Below, piece after piece: positions 12,971 through 25,779 of a DNA stretch of 64,000 nucleotides. The stretch lies in NCBI GenBank assembly GCA_951406725.2, contig OX597831.1, forward strand, positions 71,734,001-71,798,000, in the 5' to 3' direction. Every line of letters begins with the position of its first letter. Position 1 is the stretch's first letter. The translations under genes were made by a program, and so were the position numbers. The notes beneath the pieces were generated by a model. It saw only the letters and a list, made by a program, of their open reading frames with translations, did not search any database and was not told the DNA's origin. This DNA is from Octopus vulgaris (lineage: Eukaryota).

Positions 12971-13109
12971 CTGACTTCCTTGTGCCCATCAAGATCCGAA
13001 AACATTGCTATGTGAAACAACGATGTCCCTCCGCGGTTGTTGGGTTTTCAGTTAAACCAACCCTTTATCAGTGCGTGCGCAGCCTCCACTTACTCATAAG
13101 CACAATGCG

Positions 13110-13165
<56 letters not shown>

Positions 13166-13641
13166 TGCCCACAGGCACACACACACACACAAACAATATA
13201 ATCTCATCACCACCGCTACCGCCACTACCACCACTGGCCGCCGTCGCCGCACACGTTTGCAAAGAAATCCATTTAGAAAGGCATTTTAATTGAACATCAA
13301 GCTACCAGAAGATTAATTGGACTTTCTTAATTAATCCATAATTAATGTGTGGGATTTAAATTACTTGTTAATTAATGTTTATACCGTAAAAGTCTATTAT
13401 CGTCTTAAAGAGCGTTAAAGCAATTTAGCTGCTGCTGCTGCTGCTACTGCTGCTGCTGTCGTTATTAGTGTTACTGTTAGTAATGTAGTTACTGTTGCTA
13501 CCGTTGGTTTTCTACCCTTCGTAGCTATTTTGGTGGTAGCGATGACGGTGGTGGTGGTGGTGGTGGGTTTTTTTTATGTTGTTGTAGTAGGTGACTGTTG
13601 TGTCTTGATTCCAAATCAGTTCCTATAGAGCAGAACTATAT

Positions 13642-13864
13642 ATTTCTTTATTGCCCACAAGGGGCTAAACACAGAGGGGACAAATAAGGACAGACAAACG
13701 GATTAAGTCAATTACATCGACCCCAGTGCGTAACTAGTACTTAATTTATCGACCCCGAAAGGATGAAAGGCAAAGTCGACCTCAGCGGAATTTGAACTCA
13801 GAACGTAAGGGCAGACGAAATACGGCTACGCATTTCGCCCGGCGTGCTAACGTTTCTGCCAGCT
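13642..13864 (-). mobile_element. SINE family D, single unit
   Basis: Reverse complement of 2294-2525. Confidence 0.85.
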
Positions 13865-14103
13865 AACTATAGCACAGACTGGGCACCCTCACAGATCAAT
13901 CAATCAGTCCTAATGTCGCATGATCACGTCTGATTAAGGAACACACCACATGTTCCAGTATAGCCCCTGGTCTAGTCAGTCTAGTCAGTCCTGGAGTAAA
14001 CTGATGGTTTGATCTAAGACGTTTCAACCGCGACCATCTTTATAATCAAGTATATTGTACAAGGGATCATTATATGTGCATGTATGTGTATGTATGTATA
14101 TTA

Positions 14104-14159
<56 letters not shown>

Positions 14160-14277
14160 GTGTAAATATATAAATATATACGTATAAATATCTATCAATT
14201 TATTCATTTGTATGTGTGTGTGAATATCTCTCAGTCTATATATCTATCTACATCTATCTGTCTACCTATCTATCTGC

Positions 14278-14365
<88 letters not shown>

Positions 14366-14376
14366 ATCTATCTATC

Positions 14377-14758
14377 TGGCTGTGTGGTAAGTAGCTTGTT
14401 TACCAATCACATGGTTCCGGGGTTCAGTCCCACTGCGTGGCACCTTCGGGCAAGTGTATTCTACTATAGACTCGGGCCGGCCAAAGCCTTGTGAGTGGAT
14501 TTGGTAGACGGAAACTGAAAGAAGCCCGTCGTATATATGTATGTGTGTGTGTTTGTGTGTCTGTGTTTGTCTCCCTAGCATTGCTTGACAACCGATGCTG
14601 GTGTGTTTATGTCCCCGTCACTTAGCGGTTCGGCAAAAAGAGACCGATAGAATAAGTACTGGGCTTACAAAGAATAAGTCCCGGGTCGAGTTGCTAGATA
14701 AAAGGCGGTGCTCCAGCATGGCCGCAGTCAAATGACTGAAACAAGTAAAAGGGTAAAA
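14377..14758 (+). mobile_element. SINE family A
   Basis: Near-consensus copy following (TATC)n. Confidence 0.9.
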
Positions 14759-15054
14759 GCGATTACTTAGTTTGCTTGGAAAGCCTAGCTTTTCAAATCG
14801 CATAAATATTTATAAACATAGTCAAGCGCACGAATAATTATTTGTATAAAGTGTGCGCATATAATCAAAGCTGCAGGTAATCCTTATCGTTGATTTTGGA
14901 AAAAATTTTCACATTTACAGAGCAGGTTACCTCTATGACTGTACATGAGGTTTTTTTTTTCTTTTCTTGAATTTGCACTTAGCTACATATCAGAAATTTT
15001 CAAGGCGCTGTTCCAGCAATGTTACTCAGGTTGATATGCATTGATATGTATGCA

Positions 15055-15217
15055 TTTTCGTTTGTCTTTACGTTCTATGTTCAAATTCCGCCGAGGTCGA
15101 CTTTGCCTTTCATCCTTTCGGAGTCGATAAATTAAGTACCAGTTGCGTACTGGGGTCGATCTGATCGACTAGCCCATTCCCCCAAAATTTCGGACCTTGT
15201 GCCTAGAGTAGAAAAGA
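15055..15217 (+). mobile_element. SINE family D, 5'-truncated
   Basis: GTTCAAATTCCGCCGAGGTCGACTTTGCCTTTCATCC block. Confidence 0.8.
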
Positions 15218-15261
15218 TGTATGTATGCATTCAACAACAGCTGCATTGCATGCATGCATGC

Positions 15262-15294
<33 letters not shown>

Positions 15295-15908
15295 TGTATG
15301 TATGTATGTATGTATGCGTGTATGTATGAGTGTGTGTGTATGTGCGTATGTTTGTATGCATGTCCCTTCTTTATTTAATCATTTAAATTATTCTTATGAA
15401 GAAGGAGATGGTTTCTAACAAAGATACAAATCTTCATCTTTGGAATGTAGACAACGAAAACAATGTCACATTTTAAACTTGAGGAAAGTCTTGCATAGTT
15501 TTATCGTTCCGCTTACAGATCGTATTTGTTAAGTGCGAGTCAGGTGGTTGATTTCTTTTACTGGAAATCCAAGTTTGTATGTATATATGTATGTATGCAT
15601 GCATGCGCCGAGACGTAAAAATACTCGTATAGGTGTCCGTGGACGCAGAACACCTCTGGGGGGGGGGGGTATGCATCCCACTAGAGAAAGCTGACTCACA
15701 TATAAAACCTGCTGCTCCACAAAGACGGATATCTTGCACTTTGCTTGTTTCTGGACTTCTTGGCATTGCTGGCGAGAGTCGCTGGTGTTGTGCAAGTCGA
15801 CATCAAATTAAAAAAACTTGCACAGGTATAGTTGACACTAGTCAGTGATGGTCATGCTCGTCTAACGAGTAGATAGCCATTATGTATGTATGTATGTATG
15901 TATGTATG

Positions 15909-15939
<31 letters not shown>

Positions 15940-16045
15940 GTTATGAAGACGTAAATAACCCAAGACCGGTTGTAAAGCAGTGGAGAGAAACAAACACAGA
16001 GACACACCAACACACACACAGACACGCACATGCACACGCACACAC

Positions 16046-16143
<98 letters not shown>

Positions 16144-16382
16144 TACATACATACATAATCTTATATCCGTATATAATACACTTTGTAGTACGGTGATGAA
16201 CGTCCTTCCATAGTATTCGGCTACCTGATGTCAACAACAATTAGGAGATATATCTCACTGGATTTACTTCAGAAATTTTTTGTGTCCGTAGAGTTTATAT
16301 ATAAAACATGGGAGATAGAAAATAGAACGAGTCTCTTTATTCAGAACCACTACGACCGTTTCGAGCTCCTCCGTAGAAGACC

Positions 16383-16550
<168 letters not shown>

Positions 16551-17569
16551 TAAAAGACGGGCTTCCGTAGAGTTTTCGTCTGCCAAAACCACTCACAAGG
16601 TATCAGCCGGCTGGAGCTAGAGTAGAAGACATTTGCCCATGGTGTGTCTCGCAAGCAAAATTGATCTCTGAGATTTGAACTCAGAACCAGATCAAAAGCT
16701 GTGAGGTTATTCCACTCAATGCTCGAAGAGTTCTTCCAATTAGTCGCGGAGAACGATGCAAATGCGTTTGTTTGTGTCCATATCATTTATCTTTCATCGC
16801 CATGTTGTTATACAACTTTAGAAACTTTAGAACCTTAAAAACATTTTCCTTTTATTGAACATGACAATTTGCCCGCCCCTTTTTCAAATCTTCATTGCCT
16901 CACATCTATGAGGAATGCTAGTAAGAAGTTTCGTACTGCGTGTGTCGTGTTCCCGAACTAGGACATACCAGAAATTATAGCTATCGCCTCATCTCAGAGC
17001 GATACTCCGTGAGGTCGCTCGTCCTTCTGTAAATTGCAGGCAAGTCTCTTTAAGATCACATCCTATCGTTTTTTAAAACAAACGTGGCCACATTGGGGAA
17101 TAAAACCCCGGGGGATTTCCCTTTATATGAAACAAAAACAAAAGATATGTAAAAAGAGCAGTGGTGGCACGGTTGGAACGTTTTTGGTCACAGGTTCGAT
17201 GAATTAAAGTTGACCAGGAGCCAAAACAAACAAACGACGCCAAACAACAATAACAACAAATAAGTACGTACAGACACGCATGCGCATGCTTGCGCCAGTC
17301 TGAGTCCAACTGTTCAGTGGCAAGGCTTGGGGCGGCTGAACAAAGGAATCATAGATGCAAAGCGAACACAGGCACGCACGCACATACACACATGCACACA
17401 CAAACACAGGCACACACAGACACACACACACACACACACACGCACACTCATACACACACACGTACACACACACACACACGTATGTAGTCCTTCATACATC
17501 TATGCACAAATATACATATTTGCATACATATCTGCTAGGGCACTGCATTGAAGAATTCTTACTCGAATG

Positions 17570-17699
17570 AACCCACTCCAGTACTTACTTTTTATACTTA
17601 TTCTATCATTCACCTTTGCCGTACCGCCGAGTTATGGAAACGTCCGCACAGTTAAATGGCGGCAGGGGACAGACACAAATACGCGCGTGCGCTTACACG

Positions 17700-17730
<31 letters not shown>

Positions 17731-17895
17731 ACAACAGGACTCTTTCAGCTTCCGTCTACCAAATCCCCTTACAAGGCTTTGGACGGCACGTGACTCGGCC
17801 CATGCCTATAGTAGAAGACACTTGCCCAAGGTGCCATGCAGTGGGACGGAACCTGTTACGATGTGGTTGGAAAGCAAGCTTCTTACCCCACGTTT
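17570..17895 (-). mobile_element. SINE family A, diverged
   Basis: Reverse-complement similarity (AGAAGACACTTGCCCAAGGTGCC). Confidence 0.8.
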
Positions 17896-17955
17896 GCTCC
17901 TAGATCGTTAGCTACTACACACATTTTTCTTCTCTCCTTGTTTCTTTCTGTGTCC

Positions 17956-17991
17956 CTTTCTGTAGAAGAGCGTAGGCTCGAAACGTAAAAG
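17956..17991 (+). ncRNA. Minimal hammerhead-like motif (A6U core) in short pLTR-like element
   Basis: CTTT-CTGTAGA-A-GAGC(GTAG)GCTC-GAA-ACGT-A-AAAG; relatives at 38574-38667 and 39112-39290. Confidence 0.6.
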
Positions 17992-18454
17992 ACATGTTCT
18001 ATTCCTGAGCGCTATACTAATAAATGTGTGTGTATGTGTTTGTGAGTATATATGTTTTTATATGTCTGTATACAAGATGAGCCTCCACGCAGTGTCCTTC
18101 TATGAAATTCACTCACAAGGCATTGACCAGTCCATTAGCTATAGTAGACGTCGCTTGCCCAATGTACCGCGCAGTCAAATCACACTCAAATCAAGTACAG
18201 TATGGGCTGTCTATGATCAGAACGCTTTGGTCATATTTCTTCTTGGTCGAGACTGAACTAGAGGCTAAGCAGCAGTAGCAGCAGTAGCAGATGACAAAAC
18301 AAATGCAACAAAATCAACAAGCTAAAGAGGGAGGTTACTAAACAAGCTAAATCGGTGAGGCCGATAGATTTACTCAAAATAACAGTCAAATCACCCTAAA
18401 ATCAAACCCTGCCATCCTAGTCTTAAAAATATATATAAAAAAGAACTAGTTTTG

Positions 18455-18775
18455 TAATAGTTATCGCCAAGTTAATATGGCAGTCCATAAATATAGGACG
18501 AAAGCTGCCGTTGATTAGCTCCAAGAGGCCATCGCCTCTAGCTAGCTATGTGGCACACGAACATGTGTCCTTTATAACCTTCGAACAGGGGAGGTCAGCC
18601 GCTCCCCTTGCTGGTCAGGCATCTGCAGACTAGTTTCAGGGTATTTTGAAGGTTATAATGGACAGAGGTTCGTGTGTCACATAGCTAGATAGAGGCGATG
18701 GCTTCTTGGAGCTAATCAACGGCAGCTTTCGTCCTATTTTTCTGGACTGCCATATTAGCTTGGCGATAACTATTA
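18455..18775. repeat. Fold-back element: about 130-bp inverted arms with about 60-bp spacer
   Basis: 18455-18585 is the reverse complement of about 18645-18775 with few mismatches. Confidence 0.9.
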
Positions 18776-18837
18776 ATATCCAGTACCGCTGCCGTAGTCT
18801 CCTTTAGAGAGACTTAGAAATAATAATATTTCTATAA

Positions 18838-19335
18838 ACTAGTTTGTTTTTTTTTTATTCGCAACATATGCATTATTTTTAAAAGTAAGTAAAAAATCTG
18901 AAAATCGGCTATAATAATGTAGTCTTCCAGTCTCATTGTTATGAACATATGATATTCTGGAGAAAAAATTTGGAGGAAAAAGTTACAGAGGTTTAAAAAT
19001 CGGAAAAACGGTATTTTTAGCCAATAGCAAAACAGAAATTTTCTGCGGTTAGCAGAGCGGTGTCAATGTTAAGGTTGTATCCTGTGAAATTTATAGTTTC
19101 TAAATAAACAAAAATACCTAATTTCATTGTAGGTTTCTAAATAAACGGAAATACCTAATAAAATCAACATGTATCATCTTACTATTTCTCTTGTCTCTTC
19201 CTTGATTGTATGTTTTTGTTATTATTTTTTAAAAATTTGCTATACTAATATATTTGTCTGCATGTTTGCTTTATACTTATTTCAGTATTATGTATACCTG
19301 TCATGTATTTGTGTACATCATTAATATATAAGTGG

Positions 19336-19396
<61 letters not shown>

Positions 19397-19725
19397 GAGG
19401 GCGTCTGACTCCCAAACTTCAAAGTTCAGTAACGTTTTCATGCTTGGATTTGTAAACTACGATAAGAATAACACTGGTCAACAAAGAATTTGTCCCAAGG
19501 AAAAGAATACCTGTATCTTATATTTTTTTGCATACAGAAATCAAAAATAATGTCAAATTATCTGTATCACCCACAGTTTCTCTGTTCCACGATATCCCTC
19601 TCAGTTCCTGTTGCTTGGGCTAAATTTCAGTTAAGCTGTTAAAATGTGAAGCTAACGGTTTAAGAAATACTCTTAATTCAAATGTTTATGAATAGAATTA
19701 ACCTAGTGAAATCATAAATCCAGCT
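18838..19725 (+). mobile_element. Unclassified about 0.9-kb interspersed repeat with internal (GT)n, copy 1
   Basis: Colinear reverse-complement match to 55850-56812. Confidence 0.85.
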
Positions 19726-19919
19726 ATCTGAGTCAATGAGTCCCTGAAGCTTGGCAATACTGAGTCGATGAGTCACCGATGCTTTGTCAATACTGTGCTT
19801 GAAGTGCAGGTGTGCCATTCCATTCCCCTTTAGAATGTTAAGAAACTGTATAAACATCGCAAACATCTTTTGCTATTTATGAAAAATGTGTAAAATATTA
19901 AGACAATTGAGGAAAAATA

Positions 19920-20279
19920 TCTCTATATATAAACGGCAAAATGTCTTTCTGTGTGTCAGTGTGTGTGTCCTTTATATAAATTCACAATTTTTCAGTTAGA
20001 GGGCTCGCACTTTCTATGGTCATTCAAAACCGTCCAAGGGTGATCGTGCACATCTTTACTCCGCAAAGCCATTAAAAAATCAATAGAAGTGACTTTTTTA
20101 TGAATTTTCTATCGAAAACCCAATCAAAATACCCGAAACTTGATACGCCAATTGAATGCCAGCTAGCTGTATGTAATTGGTCGGAGATTTGGACAGTATT
20201 CGCGTGTATGTGTGCACGCACGCAGCTGTATATGCATGCACTAGCACTATGACCAGGCGTTGCCGAGTCATAGTGCTAG
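19920..20279 (+). mobile_element. Non-autonomous Helitron-like element
   Basis: A|TC start (TCTCTATATATAAA), terminal GC-rich hairpin, CTAG|T end. Confidence 0.75.
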
Positions 20280-20809
20280 TATCTATAATAACATTCTAAT
20301 TGATAAATATAAAGTTTTATTAAAACAAAACACGCGGGTGAAGTAAATCTCGTGGTGTGAAGAATCAACACAACATGCGTTTGTCATGGTAACAAGATGT
20401 TAATGCCTTGCTGTCTGTTGATTGGCTAAAATTACCCGAATGTCCCAACTTTGATTCCAAAGAACATCAGATTCTTTAATTTACGACGTAAAGTAATTGG
20501 TTGATCGTAATCAAAAATTAAAGCTGCATCGATGCACTAAAATTGAAAGCAATCTGAGCAAAATTAAAAGGGACTCATTCTGCGAATGAAACCAATTAGA
20601 TTCATAAAAAGAAAAATGGGATGACTACGGCTGGGACTGGTCAGAATTGAACTGGGATCTAATCATTAGTAGCAGCTATAGCAGCAGCAGAAACAGCAAA
20701 TAAAATAGATCATCATCATCATCGTCGTCGCCGTCGTCGTCGTCATCATCATTATCATCATCATCATCATCAGCAACAACAACAACAACAACACGATAGC
20801 AACAATAAA

Positions 20810-21238
20810 CTGATGAGTGAACTTCTATATGGTTGCTCAATTTGCTAGAAATAACAGTCAAATCTCTCTAAAACCAAACCCTACCGTCTTAGTTCTAAAT
20901 ATATAAAAAAAAACATGATGGCTCCGGCTGGAACGTCTTTAACAAGTATCTTATTGGTTAGGATAGAACTGAGAGCCAAATAGTAGCAGCAAGAAACTCA
21001 ATATACATCATCATCATCATCATCCACAGTAAGACCCACACTAGAGTGAGTTTCTACAGGGGTGTTCAGTTTGCTAGAAATAGCAGTCAAATCTTCGTTA
21101 CATCACATTCTCTCGTGTTTAAAAAATGAAAGACAGAGGAAAATGCAGTCTACGATAAATAAAAACCAAAAAGATGCGATGGTCGCGAATAGATTGCCTT
21201 TTTTAGGTCTGCTAATGACTTGTGACTAAAACAATAAT
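20810..21238 (+). mobile_element. Two copies of an old (CAA/TAA)-tailed SINE-like family
   Basis: Shared TTGCTAGAAATA(A/G)CAGTCAAATCT motif; similar decayed copies near 5240, 6150, 18350, 27345. Confidence 0.5.
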
Positions 21239-21452
21239 AAAATGAAGCACAATTCAACAGCGAAATAAAAAGTAATTAAGAAGATTCGCGTGCCACGTTC
21301 ATTATTTTATCAATTAATCATTTGAATATTTATTTAATTATTCAAACTACCAGCTAAGCCAACACTTGCGCTTTAATTATGTTGCGCGACGTGCAAGAAA
21401 CAGCAGCCAAATGTTTCTCACATCACATTTCTACTGCCTTCAGAAAGAAACG

Positions 21453-21454
<2 letters not shown>

Positions 21455-21494
<40 letters not shown>

Positions 21495-21509
21495 ACACAC
21501 ACATACACA

Positions 21510-21568
<59 letters not shown>

Positions 21569-21662
21569 ACACACATACACACACATACACACACACATAC
21601 ACACACATACAAACACACACAAACACACACACATACACGCACACGCACACACACACACGCAT

Positions 21663-21697
<35 letters not shown>
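21455..21697. repeat. (CA)n microsatellite
   Basis: Direct reading. Confidence 0.95.
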
Positions 21698-21698
<1 letters not shown>

Positions 21699-22197
21699 TG
21701 TTGAGGTCGTAAGAATATTTACGGAAGTTGTGAGTACGTGTGCCACGGGAAAACTTAACTCGTCCTATCTAAATGGCTAAAACAGTGAATCTAAACCGGG
21801 GTTCACTTGACCCTTAGTGGGGTTCACTTGACCCTTGGTGGGGTCCATGTAAGACTTTGTTGCTAAAGTTTCTATGCAATAAATTCCTTATTCTTCTACA
21901 ATGCACAAAATATTTCAACAATTTCATTTTTATGCATTTCCTCGAAAAATTACCATAGAATTTTTTCAAACATCGGGTGGGATAGCTCTGGGGGTCCAAT
22001 CCAGTAAAATAGGAATCAAAGAGGTCCAGGGATAAAACGACGATGGTTGAGAACCAATCGGTTGAAATGACACATTTTACACGCGCCGTCTGCTTTGAGT
22101 AACAAGCTCCCATATTTACAGGGGGTTGGACAAAATAATGGAAACGCCTAGCATCATAGCACCATGATTTTGAAATATCTATAAAACCGTCAAAAGC

Positions 22198-22398
22198 TTA
22201 CTCTTATACTTGTTTCAGTCATTTGAATGCGGACATGCTGGAGCACCGCCTTCAGTCGAGCAAATCGACCCCAGAACTTATTCTTGGTAAGCTTAGTACT
22301 AGTTGTATCGGTCTCTTTTGCCGAACCGCTAGGTTACGGGGACGTAAACTCACCAGCATCGATTGTCAAGCGATGTTGGGAGGACAAACACAGACATA

Positions 22399-22467
<69 letters not shown>

Positions 22468-22582
22468 GGTCGGCCCGAGCCTATAGTAGAAGACACTTGT
22501 CCAAAGTTCCACGCAGTGAGACTGAACCCGGAACCATGTGGTTGGTAAGTAAGCTACTTACCACACAGCCACTCCTGCGCCT
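22198..22582 (-). mobile_element. SINE family A nested in the Tc1 element
   Basis: Reverse-complement family A with internal deletion, between left TIR and transposase. Confidence 0.9.
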
Positions 22583-22697
22583 ATTATTTTTATTGTTTAT
22601 TTTTATTTATTTATTATTAGTGTTACTTAATATGTTTTGCTAAAATTGCTGTTTCTTTTCAGATATTATCAGAAAAGGGTAATTAAAATTCATTAAA

Positions 22698-23713
22698 ATG
22701 ACAGATCTATCGGACTTTCAAAGAGGTCAAATTGTTGGTGCTACTATGGAAGGCGCTAACATAACAAAACAGTCGAAATGTTTGGTGTATCAAGAAGGAC
22801 TGACTCGAAAGTAATGACAGCCTTTGAGAAAGAGGGAAAAACCTCCTCATCGAAACAAAACTCCGGAAGAAAACAAAAACTTTCAGATAGGGACCGTCGG
22901 ACTCTTGCGCGAATTGTTAGAAAGGATCACAAAGTTATAGCTCCCAAAATTACTGCAGAGCTTAAGTACCCCCTCGAGAACCCAGTTTCTACAAAAACTG
23001 TTCGCCAAGAGCTGTACAATGTCGGATTTCACGGGAGGACTGCAAACAGAAAGCCACTTCTTTCAAAAACAAACGTTGCGAAGCACTTAGAGTGGAGTAA
23101 AAACCTACAGAATTGGTCCCTAGAGCAGTGTAAGAATGTTATTTTCTTGGACGAGTCATCCTTTGCCATATTTCCAACCACCGGCCGATTATACGTGTGG
23201 AGACAGCGAAAAGAAGCATTTGACCCTGACTGCCTTCTTCAAACAGTTAAACATGGAAGAGGATCTGTGAAGATCTGGGGGGCTATATCTTGGAAATCCG
23301 CCGGCCGAATGGATTCCCTTCGTGGCAGAATTAATAGTCAAGACTATTTAAGCATTTTATCTGATCAAATTCGTTCTGTATAGGTTGTAGTACTGTTCCC
23401 AGGGGGAAAAGCGATCTTTCAGGATGACAATGCACCAATTCACACAGCTAAAGTTGTTATTGAATGGCATGAGGAACATCTTATCTGGCCACCACACTCC
23501 CCAGATCTCAATATTATTGAACATTTATGGTGCATTTTAGAAAAACAAGTAAGGAGTCGATATCCTCCACCATCATCACTGCAAGAACCGGAGACTGTTT
23601 TAGCTGAAGAATGGAGAAAAATTCCTTTGGATATAACTCAAACTTTGTACGAGTCCATACCTCGTAGAATTCAAGCTGTAATTACTGCCAAAGGCGGTCC
23701 TACCCCTTATTAA
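22698..23713 (+). pseudogene. Tc1-family transposase pseudogene
   Basis: MTDLSDFQRGQIVGA start; frameshift near 22770; SGRK motif; FLDES, VKHGRGSVKIWG, FQDDNAPIH, WPPHSPDLNIIEHLW; ends KGGPTPY*; in-frame TAG at 23381-23383. Confidence 0.95.
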
Positions 23714-23772
23714 AATAAATTTGTTTAAAATTTTAAGATGTTTCCATTATTTTGTTCAACTCCTGTATATAA

Positions 23773-23930
23773 CAGGAGTGGCTGTGTGGTTAGTAGCTTG
23801 CTTACCAACCACATGGTTCCAGGTTCAGTCCTACTGCGTGGCACCTTGGACAAGTGTCTTCTGCTCTAGCCTCAGGCCGTCCAAAGCCTTGTGAGTGGAT
23901 TTGATAGATGGAAATTGAAAGAAGCCTGTC

Positions 23931-24026
<96 letters not shown>

Positions 24027-24195
24027 CTGTGTGTGTATGTTTGTACCCCCACCATCGCTTGACAACCGATGCTGGTGTGTTTACGTCCCCGAAACAGAGA
24101 CCGATAGAATAAGTACTAGACTTACAAAGAAAAGTCCTGGGGTGTACCAGCACGGCTGCAGTCAAATGACCGAAACAAACAAAAGAATAAAAGAA
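23773..24195 (+). mobile_element. SINE family A
   Basis: Family A with expanded (TA)n(GT)n. Confidence 0.9.
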
Positions 24196-24208
24196 TATAC
24201 ATATATAT

Positions 24209-24243
<35 letters not shown>

Positions 24244-24294
24244 GAGAGGGAGAAATAAATAGATAGATAGACACTCGCATACACACGCACGCAT

Positions 24295-24339
<45 letters not shown>

Positions 24340-25121
24340 TATGAATGCAGGGCCTATAAGTTCGGGGGAGCAGTGACAGCCAGGGAAAGCTGAACACTCT
24401 CGTGTGTGTGTTTGTGTGTGTGTAGAGAGATATTTTTCTCAAAGAGTCAAGATTGAGAAAGGACACGAAATCACAGCCCCTTGTATTCTGAAAGGCTACC
24501 CATTTCCTGGAGCAGGGTTGTGGGGCCGAAAATAGTTTTGGTTCCACCTTCCGAAATTTCTTTCAGAGGCCCAGTGTGTGTGTGTGTGTGTGTGTGTGCA
24601 CGCGAGAGAGAGAGACAGACAGAGAGAGTGTGTGTTTTGCGTGTGTACACAAAAAGAGATAGATAGATACATACATACATAGATAGGTAAGGAGAGAGTG
24701 AGAGAGAGAGAGAGAAGCAGAGAGAGAGGGTGAGAGAGAGAGAGAGTGAGAGAGAGAGAAACCTTGCTTGAGAAATCAGGCGAAAACTCATAGTAATTTG
24801 CTGCAAACAACGAAGAAAACTTTGCTGCGAAGACTCTGTGCATTTGAAAGAAAGAAAGAAAGACAGAAAGAAAGAAACAAACAAACAGAGATTTGGCTGC
24901 TATTTCTAGCACGTCGGGCAAAGACTTGAAAGCCTCCTTCATTACATATCACCAGGAAATATATATGATCGTTTTTTCTTCTTCCTTTTTTCTTTAATCT
25001 TTTGGGTATATTCTTCACACTAGATGTTATGATCACAAGCAGACACATTCTACACACGTTATTTACACGTTATAAACGATACCCTATACAATATGTACAC
25101 GCTAAATACTTTTTCTACTAT

Positions 25122-25287
25122 AGGCGCAGGAGTGGCTGTGTGGTAAGTAGCTTGTTTACCAACCACATGGTTCCGGGTTCAGTCCCACTGCGTGACACCT
25201 TGGGTAAGTGTCTTCTACTATAGCCTTGGGCCGACCAAAGCCTTGTGAGTGGATTTGGGAGACGGAAACTGAAAGAAGCCCGTCGTA

Positions 25288-25326
<39 letters not shown>

Positions 25327-25539
25327 GTGTGTGTGTTGGTGTGTATGTGTTTGTCCCCCTAGCATTGCTTGACAACCGATGCTGGTGTGTTTATGTCCCC
25401 GTTACTTAGCGGTTCGGCAAAAGAGACCGATAGAATAAGTACTGGGCTTACAAAAGAATAAGTCCCGGGGTCGAGTTGCTCGATTAAAGGCGGTGCTCCA
25501 GCATGGCCGCAGTCAAATGACTGAAACAAGTAAAAGAGT
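25122..25539 (+). mobile_element. SINE family A
   Basis: Full-length near-consensus copy. Confidence 0.9.
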
Positions 25540-25544
25540 ATAGG

Positions 25545-25740
25545 CAGAGGGACTGAAATTTTGAGGAAGAGGGTTTGTTGATTTCATCGACCTCAGTACT
25601 CAACTGGGGCTTATTCTATGGACTTTGAAAGGACGAGAAGCAAAGTCGACCTTGGCACCTTTCGAACTCAGGGCGTAAAGACGGGCGAAATGCCGCTAAG
25701 CGTTTTACCCGGCATGCTCATGATTCTGCCAGCTCGTCGC
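25545..25740 (-). mobile_element. SINE family D, diverged
   Basis: GCAAAGTCGACC...GAACTCAG...CTGCCAGCTCG reverse-complement match. Confidence 0.7.
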
Positions 25741-25779
25741 TTTATGTCCACGCAAGTACACCGTATAAACGTTATCTGA

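Larger units (their letters stand above)
22119..23765 (+). mobile_element. Full-length inactivated Tc1/mariner transposon
   Basis: TIRs CAGGGGGTTGGACAAAATAATGGAAAC and GTTTCCATTATTTTGTTCAACTCCTG; TA TSD at 22117-22118 and 23766-23767; SINE inserted in 5' region. Confidence 0.95.

Noticed and set aside
21795-22056. Possible hAT-like MITE with a 22-bp tandem duplication
   Set aside because: The right end resembles GTTGAGAACC, but the left TIR and TSD cannot be established
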